The notes below the pieces were generated by a model that saw only the letters and a list, made by a program, of their open reading frames with translations, had not been told where the DNA came from and did not search any database. 64,000 nucleotides of DNA from Heptranchias perlo. Its lineage: Eukaryota. Positions 38,698-52,714 of the stretch are shown here, piece by piece; within the stretch, counting starts at the first letter, position 1, and every line of letters starts with the position of its first letter. Where the stretch lies: positions 60,574,001-60,638,000 of the forward strand of contig NC_090333.1 of NCBI RefSeq assembly GCF_035084215.1, written 5' to 3'. The translations under genes and the position numbers were made by a program.

Positions 38698-39635
38698 CTA
38701 TACTGAAAGCATAATCGACTCTCTGGTATTTACTGCAAGAAAACAAAAAGTTAAGATGGCTACTAAAAATAATTAAATGAATGACAACTGGGGATATCAT
38801 GAAAGTAAGGAATCTGCTTATTGCCAATTCACGCTTTTACTTTTTTGGCAGGCAGACTTGATAGTGGCAACGTCAGTAAGTATATTGATCCAGCAATTTG
38901 GTGAGGCATAAAAACTCAAACATAATAGATATTTATATGATCATGAAATAAATGTTTATTCATCAGATGAAAGTTGGCTTTATGGGATTCGCAAAATAAA
39001 TGATTTAATTTGATTCTATGGGTTATACACCTAACATAACCACAGGATTATTGAAACCGCAATACACATGCAAAACAATTTTGTAATATTATATCTAATT
39101 TGGTTATAAGTGACTGGTTCTGGGAACATATTTACAGATATCTGTCCTTCCTATATGGGAGATGCAACATCTTCACAAATTTGAATATTAAATGAGTTTC
39201 TGCATTACTCATGGTTTTCCTTTGAGCAATACAACAAAATCCACAGTTATAGACTCAAGAATTTTTCCACTCTTTGTAAAACCTTTCAATTTTACTAATC
39301 TGCACATACCAGGTTAAAGAAAAATAAATTCCTTTTAAATATTTTCTCCTACTTTATAAGGTTCTCATGCAGCATCCTCCAACCAAATGCAACTGCTAAA
39401 GCAGTGTTGTCCAATACATTAGCCACTAGCCACATGTGGCTAATTGCATTTCTGATTAGTAAATAAAAAATGAGTAATAGACATCTTTGGGCATGGGATC
39501 TCAATACTTATATTCACACAGCACATGTATATGCACTTTATCTTTTTATGTACTTTAACTTTTGTGCATTTGTTGGTGAAATGGTAAGATGAATAGCAGA
39601 ATGTGTGAGTGTTTTTAGATTGTTGTGAGTGCTTT

Positions 39636-40950
39636 ACATAGAATGTGCAGCACACAAACAGGCCATTCAGCCCAACAGGTCCACGCCGGTGTTTATGCTC
39701 CACACGAATCTCCTCCCTTCCTACTTCGTCCAACCCAATCATCATATCCTTCTAGTCCTTTCTCCCTCATGTGTTTATCTAGCTTCCCCTTAAATGCATC
39801 TACGCCAGTTGCCTCAACCGCTCCTTGTGATAGCGAGTTCCACATTCTAACCACGCTCTGGGTAAAGAAGTTTCTCCTGAATTGCTTATTGGATTTATTA
39901 GTGACTATCTTATATTTATGGCCCCCGCAAGTGGAAACATCAAACCTATCAATCCCTTTCATAATCTTAAACACCTCTATCAGGTCACCTCTTGGTCTTC
40001 TCTTTTCTAGAGAAAACAGCCCCAGCCTACTTAATTTTTCCTGATAAGTATAACCTCTCAGTCTTGGTATCATCCTAGTAATTCTTTTTTGCACCTTCTC
40101 CAGTGCTTCTATATCCTTTTCACAACATAAAATCATAGAATGGATACAGCACAGGAGGCCACCATTCGGCCCATTGAGCTCGTTCAGGCTCTCTGCAAGA
40201 GCAATCCAGCTAGTCCCACTTCCCCACCCTTTCCCTGTAACCGTGCAAATCTTTTTCCCTTCAAGTACTTATCCAGAGACCAGAACTGTTCACATTACTC
40301 CAAGATTCTATACAAGTTTAACATAACTTATCTGCTTTTCAATTCTATCCCTGTAGAAATGAACCCCAGTGCTTGGTTTGCTTTTTTTTAAAAAAATGGC
40401 CTTATTAACCTGCGTCGCTACTTTTAGTGATTTGTGTATCTGTACCCCCAGATCCCTCTGCCCCTCTATCCCATTTAGACTATTATCCAAGGAGTATGTG
40501 GCCTCTTTATTCTTCCTACCAAAATGTAATACCTCACACTTATCTATACTGAAATTCATTTGCCAATTCTGCAAGTTTATTAATGTCTTCCTGTATTTTG
40601 TTGCAGTCGTCCACGCTATTAACTACACACCCCAATTTGGTGTTGTCTGCAAATTTTGAAATTATACTTCCAATTCCCGAACCCAAGTCGTTTATGTAAA
40701 TGGTGAACAACAGTGGTCCCAGCACCGATCCTTGTGGAACACCACTTTTTCCAGTCTGAGTAACTACCTTTAACCACTACACTGTTTTCTGTTTTGTAGC
40801 CAGCTTGCTATCCATTCTACTACTTGTCCACTGACTCCACATGCTCTGACCTTAGCCATGAGTCTACTTTGCAGTACCTTTTTGAAGGACTTTTGAAAAT
40901 CCAAATATATTACACATACTGCATTCCCCTTTTCTATCCTTCGTTATTGA
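39636..40950 (-). mobile_element. CR1 fragment(s), with a second CR1 tail inserted at about 40128-40275
   Basis: [35 protein letters not shown]. Confidence 0.88.
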
Positions 40951-41012
40951 ATTCTTTGAAGTAGTACGGTTGAATGGTTCACTGAATGGTGGTACATATG
41001 TTAAGTAAATAT

Positions 41013-42857
41013 AGAAACATAGAAAATAGGAGCAAGAGTAGGCCATTCAGCCCTTCGGGCCTTCTCCACCATTCAAAATGATCATGGCTGATCATCTAAC
41101 TCAGTATCCTGTTCCCGCTTTTTCCCCATATCCCTTGATCCCTTTAGCATTAAGAAATATATCTATCTCCTTCTTGAATACATCGAGTGACTTGGCCTCC
41201 ACTGCCTCCCGTGGTGGAGAATTCCACAGGTTCACCACCCTCTGAGTAAAGAAATGTCTCCTCATCTCGGTTCTAAATGGCATACCCCGTATCCTGAGAC
41301 TGCGACCCCTGGTTCTGGGCTCCCCAGCCATCAGGAACATTCTCCCTGCATCTAGTCTGTCTAGTCCTGTTAGAATTTTATATGTTTCAATGAGATCACC
41401 TCTCATTCTTCTAAACTCTAGTGAATATAGGCCTAGTCGACCCAATCTCTCCTCATACGTCAATCCTGCCATCCCAGGAATCAGTCTGGTAAACCTTCGT
41501 TGCACTCCCTCCATGGCAAGGACATCCTTCCTCAGATAAGGAGACCAAAACTGCACACAATACTCCAGATGTGGTTTCACCAAGGCCCTGTACAACTGCA
41601 GCAAGACATCCCTGTTCCTGTACTCAAATCCTCTTGCAATGAACGCCAACATACCATTCACCTTCCTAACTGCTTGCTGCACCTGAATGCTCGCTTTCAG
41701 TGACTGGTGTACAAGGACACCCAGGTCTTGTTGCACCTCCCCTTTTCCCAATCTATCACCATTCAGATAATAATCTGCCTTTCTGTTTTTACAACCAAAG
41801 TGGATAACCTCACATTTATCCACGTTCTACTGCATCTGCCATGTTCTTGCCCACTCACCCATCTTGTCTAAATCACATTGGAGCCTCTTTGCATCCTCCT
41901 CACAGGTCACGTTCCACCCCAGCTTTGTGTCGTCTGCAAACTTGGAAATGTTACATTCCGTTCCCTCATCCAAATCATTGATATATATTGTGAATAGCTG
42001 GGGCCCAAGCACTGATCCCTGCGGTACCCCACTAGTCACTGCTTGCCACCCGGAAAAAGACCAGTTTATTCCTACTCTCTGTTTCCTGTCTGTCAACCAA
42101 TTCTCAATCCATGCCAGTAATATTCCCCCCAATCCCATGTGCTTTAATTTTGCACCCTAACCTCTTGTGTGGGACCTTATCAAATGCCTTCTGAAAATCC
42201 AAATACACCACATCCACTGATTCTCCCCTATCTATTCTACTAGTTACATCCTCAAAAAACTCCAGTAGATTTGTTAAGCATGATTTCCCTTTCATAAACC
42301 CATGCTGACTTTGTCCAATCCTGTTAATGCCTTCGAAGTGTTCTGTTATCACATCCTTTATAATAGACTCTAGCATTTTCCCCACTACTGATGTTAGGCT
42401 AACTGGTCTGTAATTCCCTGTTTTTTTTCTCTCCCTCCTTTTTTTAAATAGTGGGGTTACATTTGCCACCCTCCAATCTGTAGGAACTGTTCCAGAGTCT
42501 ATAGAATTTTGGAAGATGACCACCAATGCATCCACTATTTCCAGGGCCACTTCCTTTAGTACTCTGGGATGTAGATTATCAGGCCCTGGGGATTTGTCAG
42601 CCTTTAGCCCCATTAATTTCCCTAGCACTATTTTTTTTTACTAATACTGATTTCCTTCAGTTCCTCCCTCTCACTAGACCTTTGGTTCCCGAACATTTCC
42701 GGGAGGTTATTTGTGTCCTCCTTTGTGAAGACAGAACCAAAGTATGTGTTTAATTGTTCTGCCATTTCTTTGTTCCCCATTATAATTTCCCCCATTTCTG
42801 ACTGTAAGGGACCTACATTTGTCTTCACTAATCTTTTTCTCTTGACGTATTTATAGA
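41013..42857 (-). mobile_element. Relatively young CR1 family A, RT region
   Basis: [45 protein letters not shown]; few frameshifts. Confidence 0.95.
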
Positions 42858-43407
42858 CCTGTGAAATACATTTACTTGTATTGTGTATGTGTATGTAGGG
42901 CATTTCCCAATTAAATTAGTGCAGGTGGCTAAAGCGGTGTCACAGTAGCCACACCTGTGCCTAGTCAGTGATTTCTGTTGGACAACACTGTGCTAAAGCC
43001 TATCCTGCCTTGGAACTATGCTAGGGTCACCCATGATGGCTTTTGCTCCAATTTTCCCTCCTTTAGTGAGGATAAGTATTTTCTCTTTGCTCAATGCAAC
43101 ACAGCAATGATCAAGAATTTGCTGCAAAAGGAATTGTGGACACGAACAGGTTTCCTATCATTTTATGGGACAATGACATCACCCTGTCCCAATAACAATT
43201 TTGCACGTTGCAATATTTTTGTATCTACAAAGTAATGGATCATGTACTTAACAGCAAATGGCACACTGATCTTGCTACAATAAATATCTCTAACAGAGTC
43301 TCAGTACAAACTTGTGTTGTGAATAAAGGTCCAATATCCTTATAATGGTTGGAAGGGTACAATCTGTTCAGCTGAAAATTTTATAATGAATATCATTTGT
43401 ACAATCA

Positions 43408-43599
<192 letters not shown>

Positions 43600-44384
43600 T
43601 CACTATGCAGCTTGTAACCACTTATAAGGAACATGCATGCATTATGGATTGTGGAGTGTGAGGGATAATCCAAAGAACGATGAAGATTGTACAAGGTAGA
43701 TAATCTACTGGGCCTCTGAACATTACAAACTAAATGGTATAATGGATAATACAATCCATTAGCCACTTTGTTGCAATTACACCCACAGCGCAAAAAAAAC
43801 TGCCAGGACTTCCTAAAGTTCTGAGTTTGGTGAACATAAAAACTGTCTGCTTTGACATGGTGAAACTTATAATTCTCATGTACTAGATGGGGAGACAGAT
43901 TAAAAAAAAAAGGGTACAACAATCTTTTATCACCAGTGAAACTGAACACTTGGAGAGACACTCTGGGAGGGTCCATTAACTACTCTATCCTCCTGTCCAA
44001 AAAAGGGCCGATTTTCAATCTGAAGCCTACAGCTCATTAATTGTATAAACTGATCCACTGCAAATAATCTGGAATATAACAAACTTCACAAGTGGTAAAA
44101 AATCTAGCCACACGCCATTGCACAAATTTCTACCATTTGACATATTAAACCCGAACAGCAGAGACTTTTCTGCAACGGAGTAGGGTTTCAACCATCAATT
44201 CAGCAACAACTTGATCTAGAAATCAATACCACTTAATAACCATGTTATCAGCCAAAAAGTATTCCTGCTTTCAATGCAGAATCTGACCTCCCACTGCTAA
44301 AAGAGGTCTGATGGTAGAGGAATGCTGACTCTACTTCCTGCCAAGATCACCAAGAACAATGGCAGTGAAGCGATCAAGATGAGT

Positions 44385-44580
44385 GGCTACGATTTGCCAA
44401 CTCCACTACAAGCCTCCTTCCTATTGCTTAATTATACGACTGCATTGGTGTTGTAATAAGCCTGTGGTATGGACTACTTCACTTACTAAGCTGAAGGTGA
44501 ATGCACGTGATTAAGGTAAAACCTCAAAAAAAATAAACTGTTACAAGAAATGTCCAAGTTTCCACATCGATATAATTCTC
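44385..44580. repeat. ~195-bp repeat, copy 1 (copy 2 at 45952-46148)
   Basis: Direct alignment, tggctacgatttgccaa...aagtttccacatcga. Confidence 0.9.
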
Positions 44581-45402
44581 CTCTGCAGTGTGTGAAGGAG
44601 CGTGAATGACAAACAATATATTTTATTTGTCTTAAGACTCATTTTTTCCAGTTGAAATTCAATAGTTCTTGGCAAGTAAAACATTAGTGAATTGAAAAAA
44701 AAACTTGCTCTGATTAATATATTTATTTACATATTTATTTCTTTACCCCTAGAAGTTAGAATTATGCACAAGGAGAATCTTTCACCGTTTTTTCTTCCTC
44801 TCAGAGGCAATAAACCAAAGTGGTGAAATATGGAAAACTCAATTGCAAGAGTTGGTTCAGACAGACAAACTCAGGTCACCTATTCATTCCGATACCTTGG
44901 CTGATGCATTATTTAATACAACACCAAAAGCCACAGATTTGTGAAAAACATTTGGGAGCCATCTACTTTACACGAGGAAGCAGCCAACCAGACCAATTAC
45001 TGAAACCTATTTGCACTTCTACCAGAGCTTTTTATTACAAAAGAAAACTTAAGATTCTAAAATGCAGGTGACAGATCACTACTTCTAAACTTGCTTATTC
45101 TCCTTCACACCCCACTCTGAGCTGGTGTGTATTTGGGGAAAATTAACCACTTTGTTGCAGTACTGTTCTAGATTAATACTAAAATTACATTTTAAGGCTA
45201 AAAAAATGTATTTTTAGGATGAAAAATGAATCTCTCCAACTAATGGCACTCAATTCTGGATAGCAAACTTAACAATCCATATCGATTAAACTGCATGCTT
45301 CATCTGGTTACAAAGAACATGCCACTTCTTCCATAACAATATTGTATTATATTATGTATGTCCTTTGTTTCTACTTATGAATGCTAGAGATTTTTCAATC
45401 TA

Positions 45403-45606
<204 letters not shown>

Positions 45607-45951
45607 TTAGGTTTTTACCCTCTCTCGCAACCAACCACAATAATGTGATTTACTGCTTTTGCAATTTAGTCGTAGCTTTTCAGACAAGTAAATCTCATTA
45701 ATTAGTATAACATTTTGCAATACATGATGTCGTTCAGTACATTTTCAATCATGCATATTGCAGGTTCAATAGTTTTTTTTAAAACCAAATGCAGAAATAC
45801 TACTAGTACTTGCTGCTAGAATAACCTCCCAGTTAGTAACAGAATATTCCATTCAATTAAGTTATACGATCTAGTTCCCAGAAAAGAATTAAGCTGGCAG
45901 CAAGTGAAGTTAATTTTGGGTGGTATATCAGACCTCTGCAGGGCTGAAAAT

Positions 45952-46148
45952 TGGCTACGATTTGCCAATTCCATTACAAGCCTCCTTCCCATTTGTTAAT
46001 TATACAACTGCACTGGTGTTGTAATAAGCCTGTAGTATGGACTACTTCACTTATCAAGCTGAAGGTGAATCCACATGATCAAGGTGAAACCTCAAAAAAC
46101 TGAACTGTTACAAGAAATATTTAAGTTTCCACATCGACTTAATTTTCC
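45952..46148. repeat. ~195-bp repeat, copy 2
   Basis: See 44385-44580. Confidence 0.9.
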
Positions 46149-47988
46149 AAACATCCTCATGGGAATGTGAAAAGTTTGCTGTGCCTTTCTACAATTTTAT
46201 ATTTCTCTAAATGAGTAAACATCGACAGTTCTCTTTCCTCTCTAACGTATCCAAAAGTTACTATTTTATACCATATTTGATTCATTTGATGCCATTAAAA
46301 CTTACTAATTCTCAACCACAAACCAAAACTTAAATTAAAATCAAAACAATGAAATGAAACAAACTGCAGACTTTGGAAAGCACAAGCACAAAACAGAACA
46401 TTATTAATACATTCTCTCTCACATAGCATATGGTATAATTCCCCAGAGAAGAGGAAATCTTCAGGACATGTCCAAGAGCATGCTGGATCATCCAAATAAG
46501 TGACCATTCTTTTTTCCACCTTGTGCTCATTTTGACTGGTGTGGACTACATTAACTCATTAGGGAACACAAAGGTGGATATTCTGGTATTGATTTTTGGA
46601 CTGCAGGACCACTGCATTGCAAACATTGTACTCACTCAAACTAGGAATGGCCAATCCAAGTATTCTTCCAGGGTCAATCCAATTATGTACGAAAAATGAG
46701 ATTCTGGCTTGGTTTATAACTTGCTGGGAACTCACTCAACGGAGAGAGCAGCTGCAGCTCTTAAAGGATTACAGCTGCCGTTTAAAGGGAAGTGACCAAC
46801 ATGAACAGCAAAAAAAAGACGACAAAAGGTGAGGCATAATTCTCATGAGTTCAAGTCCCACTCCGGAGACTTGAGCACATAATTTAGGCTGACATTTCAA
46901 TGCAGTACAGACGAAGTGCTGCATTGTTGGAGGTGCCGTCTTTTGACGGGACATTGAACGGAGGCCCTCTCAGGAGGACATAAAAGAACCCATGGTACTA
47001 TGTTGATTTGTTGTTTACCACCCTAATCATTTTTTCTTATGGAAAACCAGCAGCAGAATGGTGAGTGCTACAATTTTTCCACATCACAGGATTCCCTAAA
47101 ATCCAAGCTGTTATTGCGTTATCTGTGTACTGCAGATTTACTGATTTTGATTATGTCCCCTCTGGTAGATTTGAATGAGCCAGAGGCATAAAACATCAGG
47201 CTGCCAATGGCAGTGCGGTTACTGAGAGCACGCTGGTCTGGTCAGATTCCAAAAGATGGCACAACGCCATCATTGCCTTCCTGATTAAGCGAAGTGTGAA
47301 GATAGTTGTCCTTGATTATGCTCGTGTGGAGCATAAACACCGGCATAGACCTGTTGGGCCAAATGGCCTGTTTCTGTGCTGCACATTCAATGAATATGTC
47401 CTGGCAGGTGCGCTGGGTCATACACATGGTTGCATGGGTAAATGTGGGCAGACCACATCCAGTGCGAGCAAATCCTCCTCACATCTCGCTTTTCACCCTC
47501 TTTTGCAGTCAAAAAACTCGAGAAATGCACATAAGAATTCCCATATTCCGATTTTTGATTTATCAAATCACTTGCAAATAAAAATCCAACAGGGAGCCAG
47601 CTATCAAAAATCCTGCAGTTCAACTCAAAGCCCAGAATAAGTCTGCCTTCCTCACCCATTTTATATGGGTGAGCTGAGCACACCGAGTATTTCCTGCAAG
47701 AAAACTGTGGAAATGCACACTTACTCATTTGAATATAATTTCCATGAATGAAATTCATTTCAGGCCAGCTGGAAGATTAATTGCTGTGTGATTTGGGTGG
47801 GTTCCTTCTAAGTAGATCTGCAGCAGATTTCCTAGTCTTGCTCACCCATTCCACACCAGCATGAACCATCATACCAGCCAGAACATCTACCCTACTTAAG
47901 CTATATAGCTTTTGAAATCAAAATTTGACAATAAACTTACCAAATAAGTCACAAGTGACTGAACTGCTCACGTTTGAGGCCATAGGAT

Positions 47989-48440
47989 GTCAGCCTTGGG
48001 TCAGTGGTAGCACTCTCGCCTAGGAGTCAGAAGGTTGTGGGTTCAAGCACTACTCCAGAGATGCGAGCACATAATCTAGATTGACACTTCAGTGCAGCAA
48101 TGAGGGACGTGCCGTCTTTCAGATGAGACATTAAACAGAGGCCACGTTTTCCCTCTCAGGCGGATGTAAAAGGACCCCTGGCACCATTTGAAGAAAAGCA
48201 GGAGAGTTCTCCCCAGTGTCCTGGCCAATATTTATCCCTCAGCCAATATCACTAAAAAAGATTGTCTGATCATTATCACCTTGCTATTTGTGGGACCTTG
48301 CTGTGCGCAAATTGGCTCCTGCGTTTCCGACATTATAATAGCGACTACACTTCAAAAAAAGTACTTAATTGGCTGAAAAGTGCTTTGGCAGGTCCTGAGG
48401 TGATGAAAGATGCTATATAAATGCAAGTTCTTTCTTTCTG
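47989..48440 (+). mobile_element. Deu-domain SINE (SacSINE1-like), full length; partial copies at 46845-47003 (+), 51845-52206 (-), 24415-24525 (+)
   Basis: tRNA-like A/B boxes (tcagtggtagc; ggttcaagc), gtgccgtctttcagatgagac, L2-like tail tgctatataaatgcaagttc. Confidence 0.88.
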
Positions 48441-49143
48441 TGATAGGATCATAATAAACATTTTTGTATATTTCACACATTTGGTTGTATCAAAGTACAT
48501 TTTGCTTCAATAGGTATTTTTCACAGGTTATTGTTATCAGCATTAATTTGGTCTTTGAGAGAAAGAGAATTTTTTTGGCCTTTAACTCTATGTTCCCTCT
48601 GGAACATTGTCCATGGTATATAAAAAAGCAGAGAGAGAACTCAATGCAATACAAATCACTTTCCTGTTTCGACTTAAAATACACAATACATTTTCTAGCA
48701 TCCTTCGCAATCTCGAAATGTGTCAAAAATAACATTATAAATTGTCAACAATTCTTTTTTTTTTGCAATTTACCCCCATATCTTTTTACCTGAGACTAAT
48801 ATAGGTAAGTCTATGCTGTCGAGAGACTATAGGAAATCTGCTCCAAAACTTCTAACAATGTTTCTTTAGCCAGCCTTCTGGAAGCACAACATACTACCAG
48901 GCAAACCATTCCTGGACAATTTTCCATCCTGCTGTAGAGAGGGATGCCATAGCCTCACAGCATTGCTTAACTTGGGAACCAAGCAGAGTGGGGGGGTAAT
49001 CAAATTCACGACTTTCCTACTCTGTGGTGCTGCAGGCTCATGCACATTCTGTACTACTATCATGCTGTACCACTAAAACATTGGCTGTTAACTTTCAACA
49101 GAGTTATCAATGAACTCTTCAGTATCAAGTTTAAACCTTCTTA

Positions 49144-49458
<315 letters not shown>

Positions 49459-50132
49459 CTACATCAACACTACAATTCCCCCACTAAAGTCAGAAAATAA
49501 TTATTTGTACTGGTGATTTCACATTCGCCAATATAGATTATAGTTATATCACATTAGTTAACACGGTTGAGGCCAGATGCTGGGTCATTTTGTATGAAGT
49601 CAGTCAACAGTGATTGACAGAAATTGTTCAGATTTACATTTAAGATTGAGAAATTAACACACCTAAAACAGCTTTTCTGCACCATAACGATACAAATCAT
49701 GTGGGTTTTCGGTATTGCCAGTTGGAGCCTGAATAAAGTTTTTCCTCACTTAAAACTTTTCAAATAAATACTGGCTTGAACAAAAATCGCAAATGTCTCT
49801 TCTCGTCATCTATATGATGTAATAAACGTTCTCTGAAATTGCTGGATTGCAGAAGATAACTAATCTCTTGTAGGTAGTCATAAGAAAGATGCATTTACTT
49901 ACACGGCTTTATATCAAAAGTACTGCTAGGGGACCAACATTTCCTGGGCTCAGGTGACTCTGAATATAATCTCAGCTGCTTAGTTGCTTCGGGTTGCTTC
50001 CTATAATGGAGCAGCCTCGTGGAGAAGGAGACCATACTCAAGGAGCTCCACACCAGCAAGATTAACATTTCCAAAACAAAAAAAAATTCACATTTCAGGG
50101 TGAGGTTATCCCCTCTCCACAAAAAGGGGTAC

Positions 50133-50345
50133 GAGGGATCGGAGTAGTGCATGGGTTAGACACTAGCATTTCATCGCCTGGACTTGGGTTCAAATTCAGT
50201 CCAAACTGATGAGATGAAAGTCTCCTGTCTCATGAATGTAAAGGTCCTACGTGAAATTATTCTGGGCAGTCTAAATTCAGTTCCTAGTGGGCAAACGCCT
50301 ATTGCAAAAAACTGCCCTTAATTCAGCACTAATCAGCAATGTCAT
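50133..50345 (+). mobile_element. LF-SINE-like element, 5' half
   Basis: tRNA head (gggttcaaattc), cctacgtgaaat...cagttcctagtgg...cagcactaatcagca. Confidence 0.55.
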
Positions 50346-50966
50346 TCCTGAAGCCACAGGATGGCTGGAGTAGGAAATGAAATAAAGGCCACACTGGTGC
50401 AATAGGGCACGCTCTTCTGTGGCAAGGAAGTGTATCTAGCTGTATTATTCCTGATCTGGGAATTCTTGATGCAAACACTGGGTGTCTGGTTAGTTAGGTA
50501 CTGTTTTTTTTTAAATTGAGATACCAAATGAAACATCAGAAAGTAGTAATTAGGTGACTCCAAGCTTGGATTTTAACCACCTGAAGATCCAGTGGAAAGA
50601 GGGTGGGGGGGGGGGAGGCAGAAATTCCACAGTTTCCTTGCAGAGAACAAGCAGGCGGCTTGCTCCCAGACCTCAGCTTGGTCCGTAACTGATCAACTAG
50701 TTGCTAGAAAGTTCATAAGCATGGCTGTAGTTGACTTGGCTATTGATTTCACTTCCCTCGTTATGGGAAAGCACCCATTTTTTGTTCACAAGATTCCCCC
50801 CGCCTCTAAGGCATGGCCAAAACCAGGAACTTGAAGTATGTGAAAATTGCAGATGGAAGTGTCATCAATATAGTCAGGCACCTGGGTGTTTTTTTTTAAA
50901 AAGCATGTAAAACTGGTATTTCAAAGCCTCCAGAGACCAGAAGATATCTGATGAAATAAAGATAAT

Positions 50967-51814
50967 AGGATAGAGTTTTCGCTTTGGGTCCATCGGCAAA
51001 TTGTGCTTGAAATTGAACTGGTTAGCTTTCAGTTCAAGTTTCCGCTAAAAGGTATTTGCATCATCACAAACGTAAAATCTTCCATGAACTAGCGCAATCG
51101 GTCAACTTAATAGAACGTAATCATTTATTTTCTTTTTCTTTGCACTAAAAGTTATTCATTGAAGTATTTAAAGAGTGGTAACCTGGTGCAGTTTTATTAA
51201 TACAGCTGAAAACGAGTTTATCACAAAAAATAAGCATTTTTAATAAGAGTTGCTTGTCTTCCACCTCTGAGTAAACTGACTTTAAATCACTGATGTGGAG
51301 ATGCCGGTGATGGACTGGGGTTGACAAATGTAAAGAATCTTACAACACGAGGTTATAGTCCAACAACTGGTAATTTTCAAATAAAATTGTTGGACTATAA
51401 CCCGGTGTTGTAAGATTCATTAAATCACTGAAAATGACTTAAAGAAAAAACTATACTCAACCATTTACTAGTTTCATTAGTGTACACTAGTCAGATTCTT
51501 AGTAAATTAAATAGTTTTTAATATGTAAAAACATTTAAAATGTGCCTATTAGTGCCTAAGAAAACAAGTTTAATTTGAAGACCCTCCTCGAACGGCCGCA
51601 TACAGGCGCAATCGGTGGAAACTCGCCATCCTGGTTATTTCGATCTGGGGCGTGGCCAGTTTTGTAGGAGGGGCTGGCTTCGGACGCAATGATTTTTGAA
51701 CCAGCATTAAAGATTACGGAAACTCGACTTATGCTTGACTTTCTGCATTCTTTTGTGCTGGTTTGGGCATATTACGCAGATAAAACCATCACAATAGAGC
51801 GGAAACTCTACCCC
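50967..51814. mobile_element. Harbinger-type non-autonomous element
   Basis: TIRs AGGATAGAGTTTTCGCT / AGCGGAAACTCTACCCC; 3-bp TSD AAT (50964-50966, 51815-51817). Confidence 0.65.
51294..51419. mobile_element. 126-bp Penelope pseudo-LTR fragment with inverted 5' segment
   Basis: 3' part ataaaattgttggactataacccggtgttgtaagatt matches 20946-20985; inverted copy upstream; 12-bp TSD TTAAATCACTGA (51282-51293, 51420-51431). Confidence 0.85.
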
Positions 51815-52555
51815 AATATATTTAAAGGAAAAAGCTCAATGATGAAAGCAAAGGACTTGCATTTATATAGTGCTTTATGAAGTCCTCAGAGTGCTTCCCA
51901 TTCACTGAGTTACTCTTTGGAGTGTAGTCACTGTTATGAAGAGAACACACCAGCCAACTTGTAACACAGCAAAGTCCCACAAGCAGCAAATTAAATGACT
52001 GGTTAATCTGTTTTTGATTGCGTTGGTTGAAGGAGGAAAGTTTGACACAGAATCTTCATCATCTACAGTAAAAACACCTGTTTAAGGACTCATCTGAAAG
52101 ACAGAACCATCAAAAATGGACCCTCCTCTGTACTGCACTGGAATATCAGCCTAGATTAGGTAGTCAACCCTGGAGTAGGCTTCAACCCACAACATTCTAA
52201 CTCAGAAGGCTGTGGGTTCTAGCCCCTCTCCAGTTAAAACCACATATTTCACCAGTACAGAGCACTGTTAAACTTCCCAATGGTCACAACCACCCGACCA
52301 ATTCAGATTGGCAGGATTATCTGGGTCCAAGTGGGAAGAATTCCAGTGACAGTTGTACCTTTAGGGTTCCATTAATACGCCAGGCTGCCTAGTCAATCAA
52401 AAGTGCAGACCTCAAAAGAGACATTGCTTGACCCCTCCCCCTAGCAGAATAGCCACCAGTTGATCAGACACTTGACAAAATGTAAGTTGGACCTCAATTA
52501 CTTGTTATTTTGACAGTTATATTTCTCAATAGTTTCACAAATTAGTTTTTTTTTA

Positions 52556-52714
<159 letters not shown>

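Larger units (their letters stand above)
39402..42990. mobile_element. hAT-Charlie non-autonomous element expanded by nested CR1 insertions
   Basis: TIR CAGTGTTGTCCAA (39402) / TTGGACAACACTG (42990); perfect 8-bp TSD TGCTAAAG at 39394-39401 and 42991-42998; subterminal TAGCCAC repeats. Confidence 0.9.
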
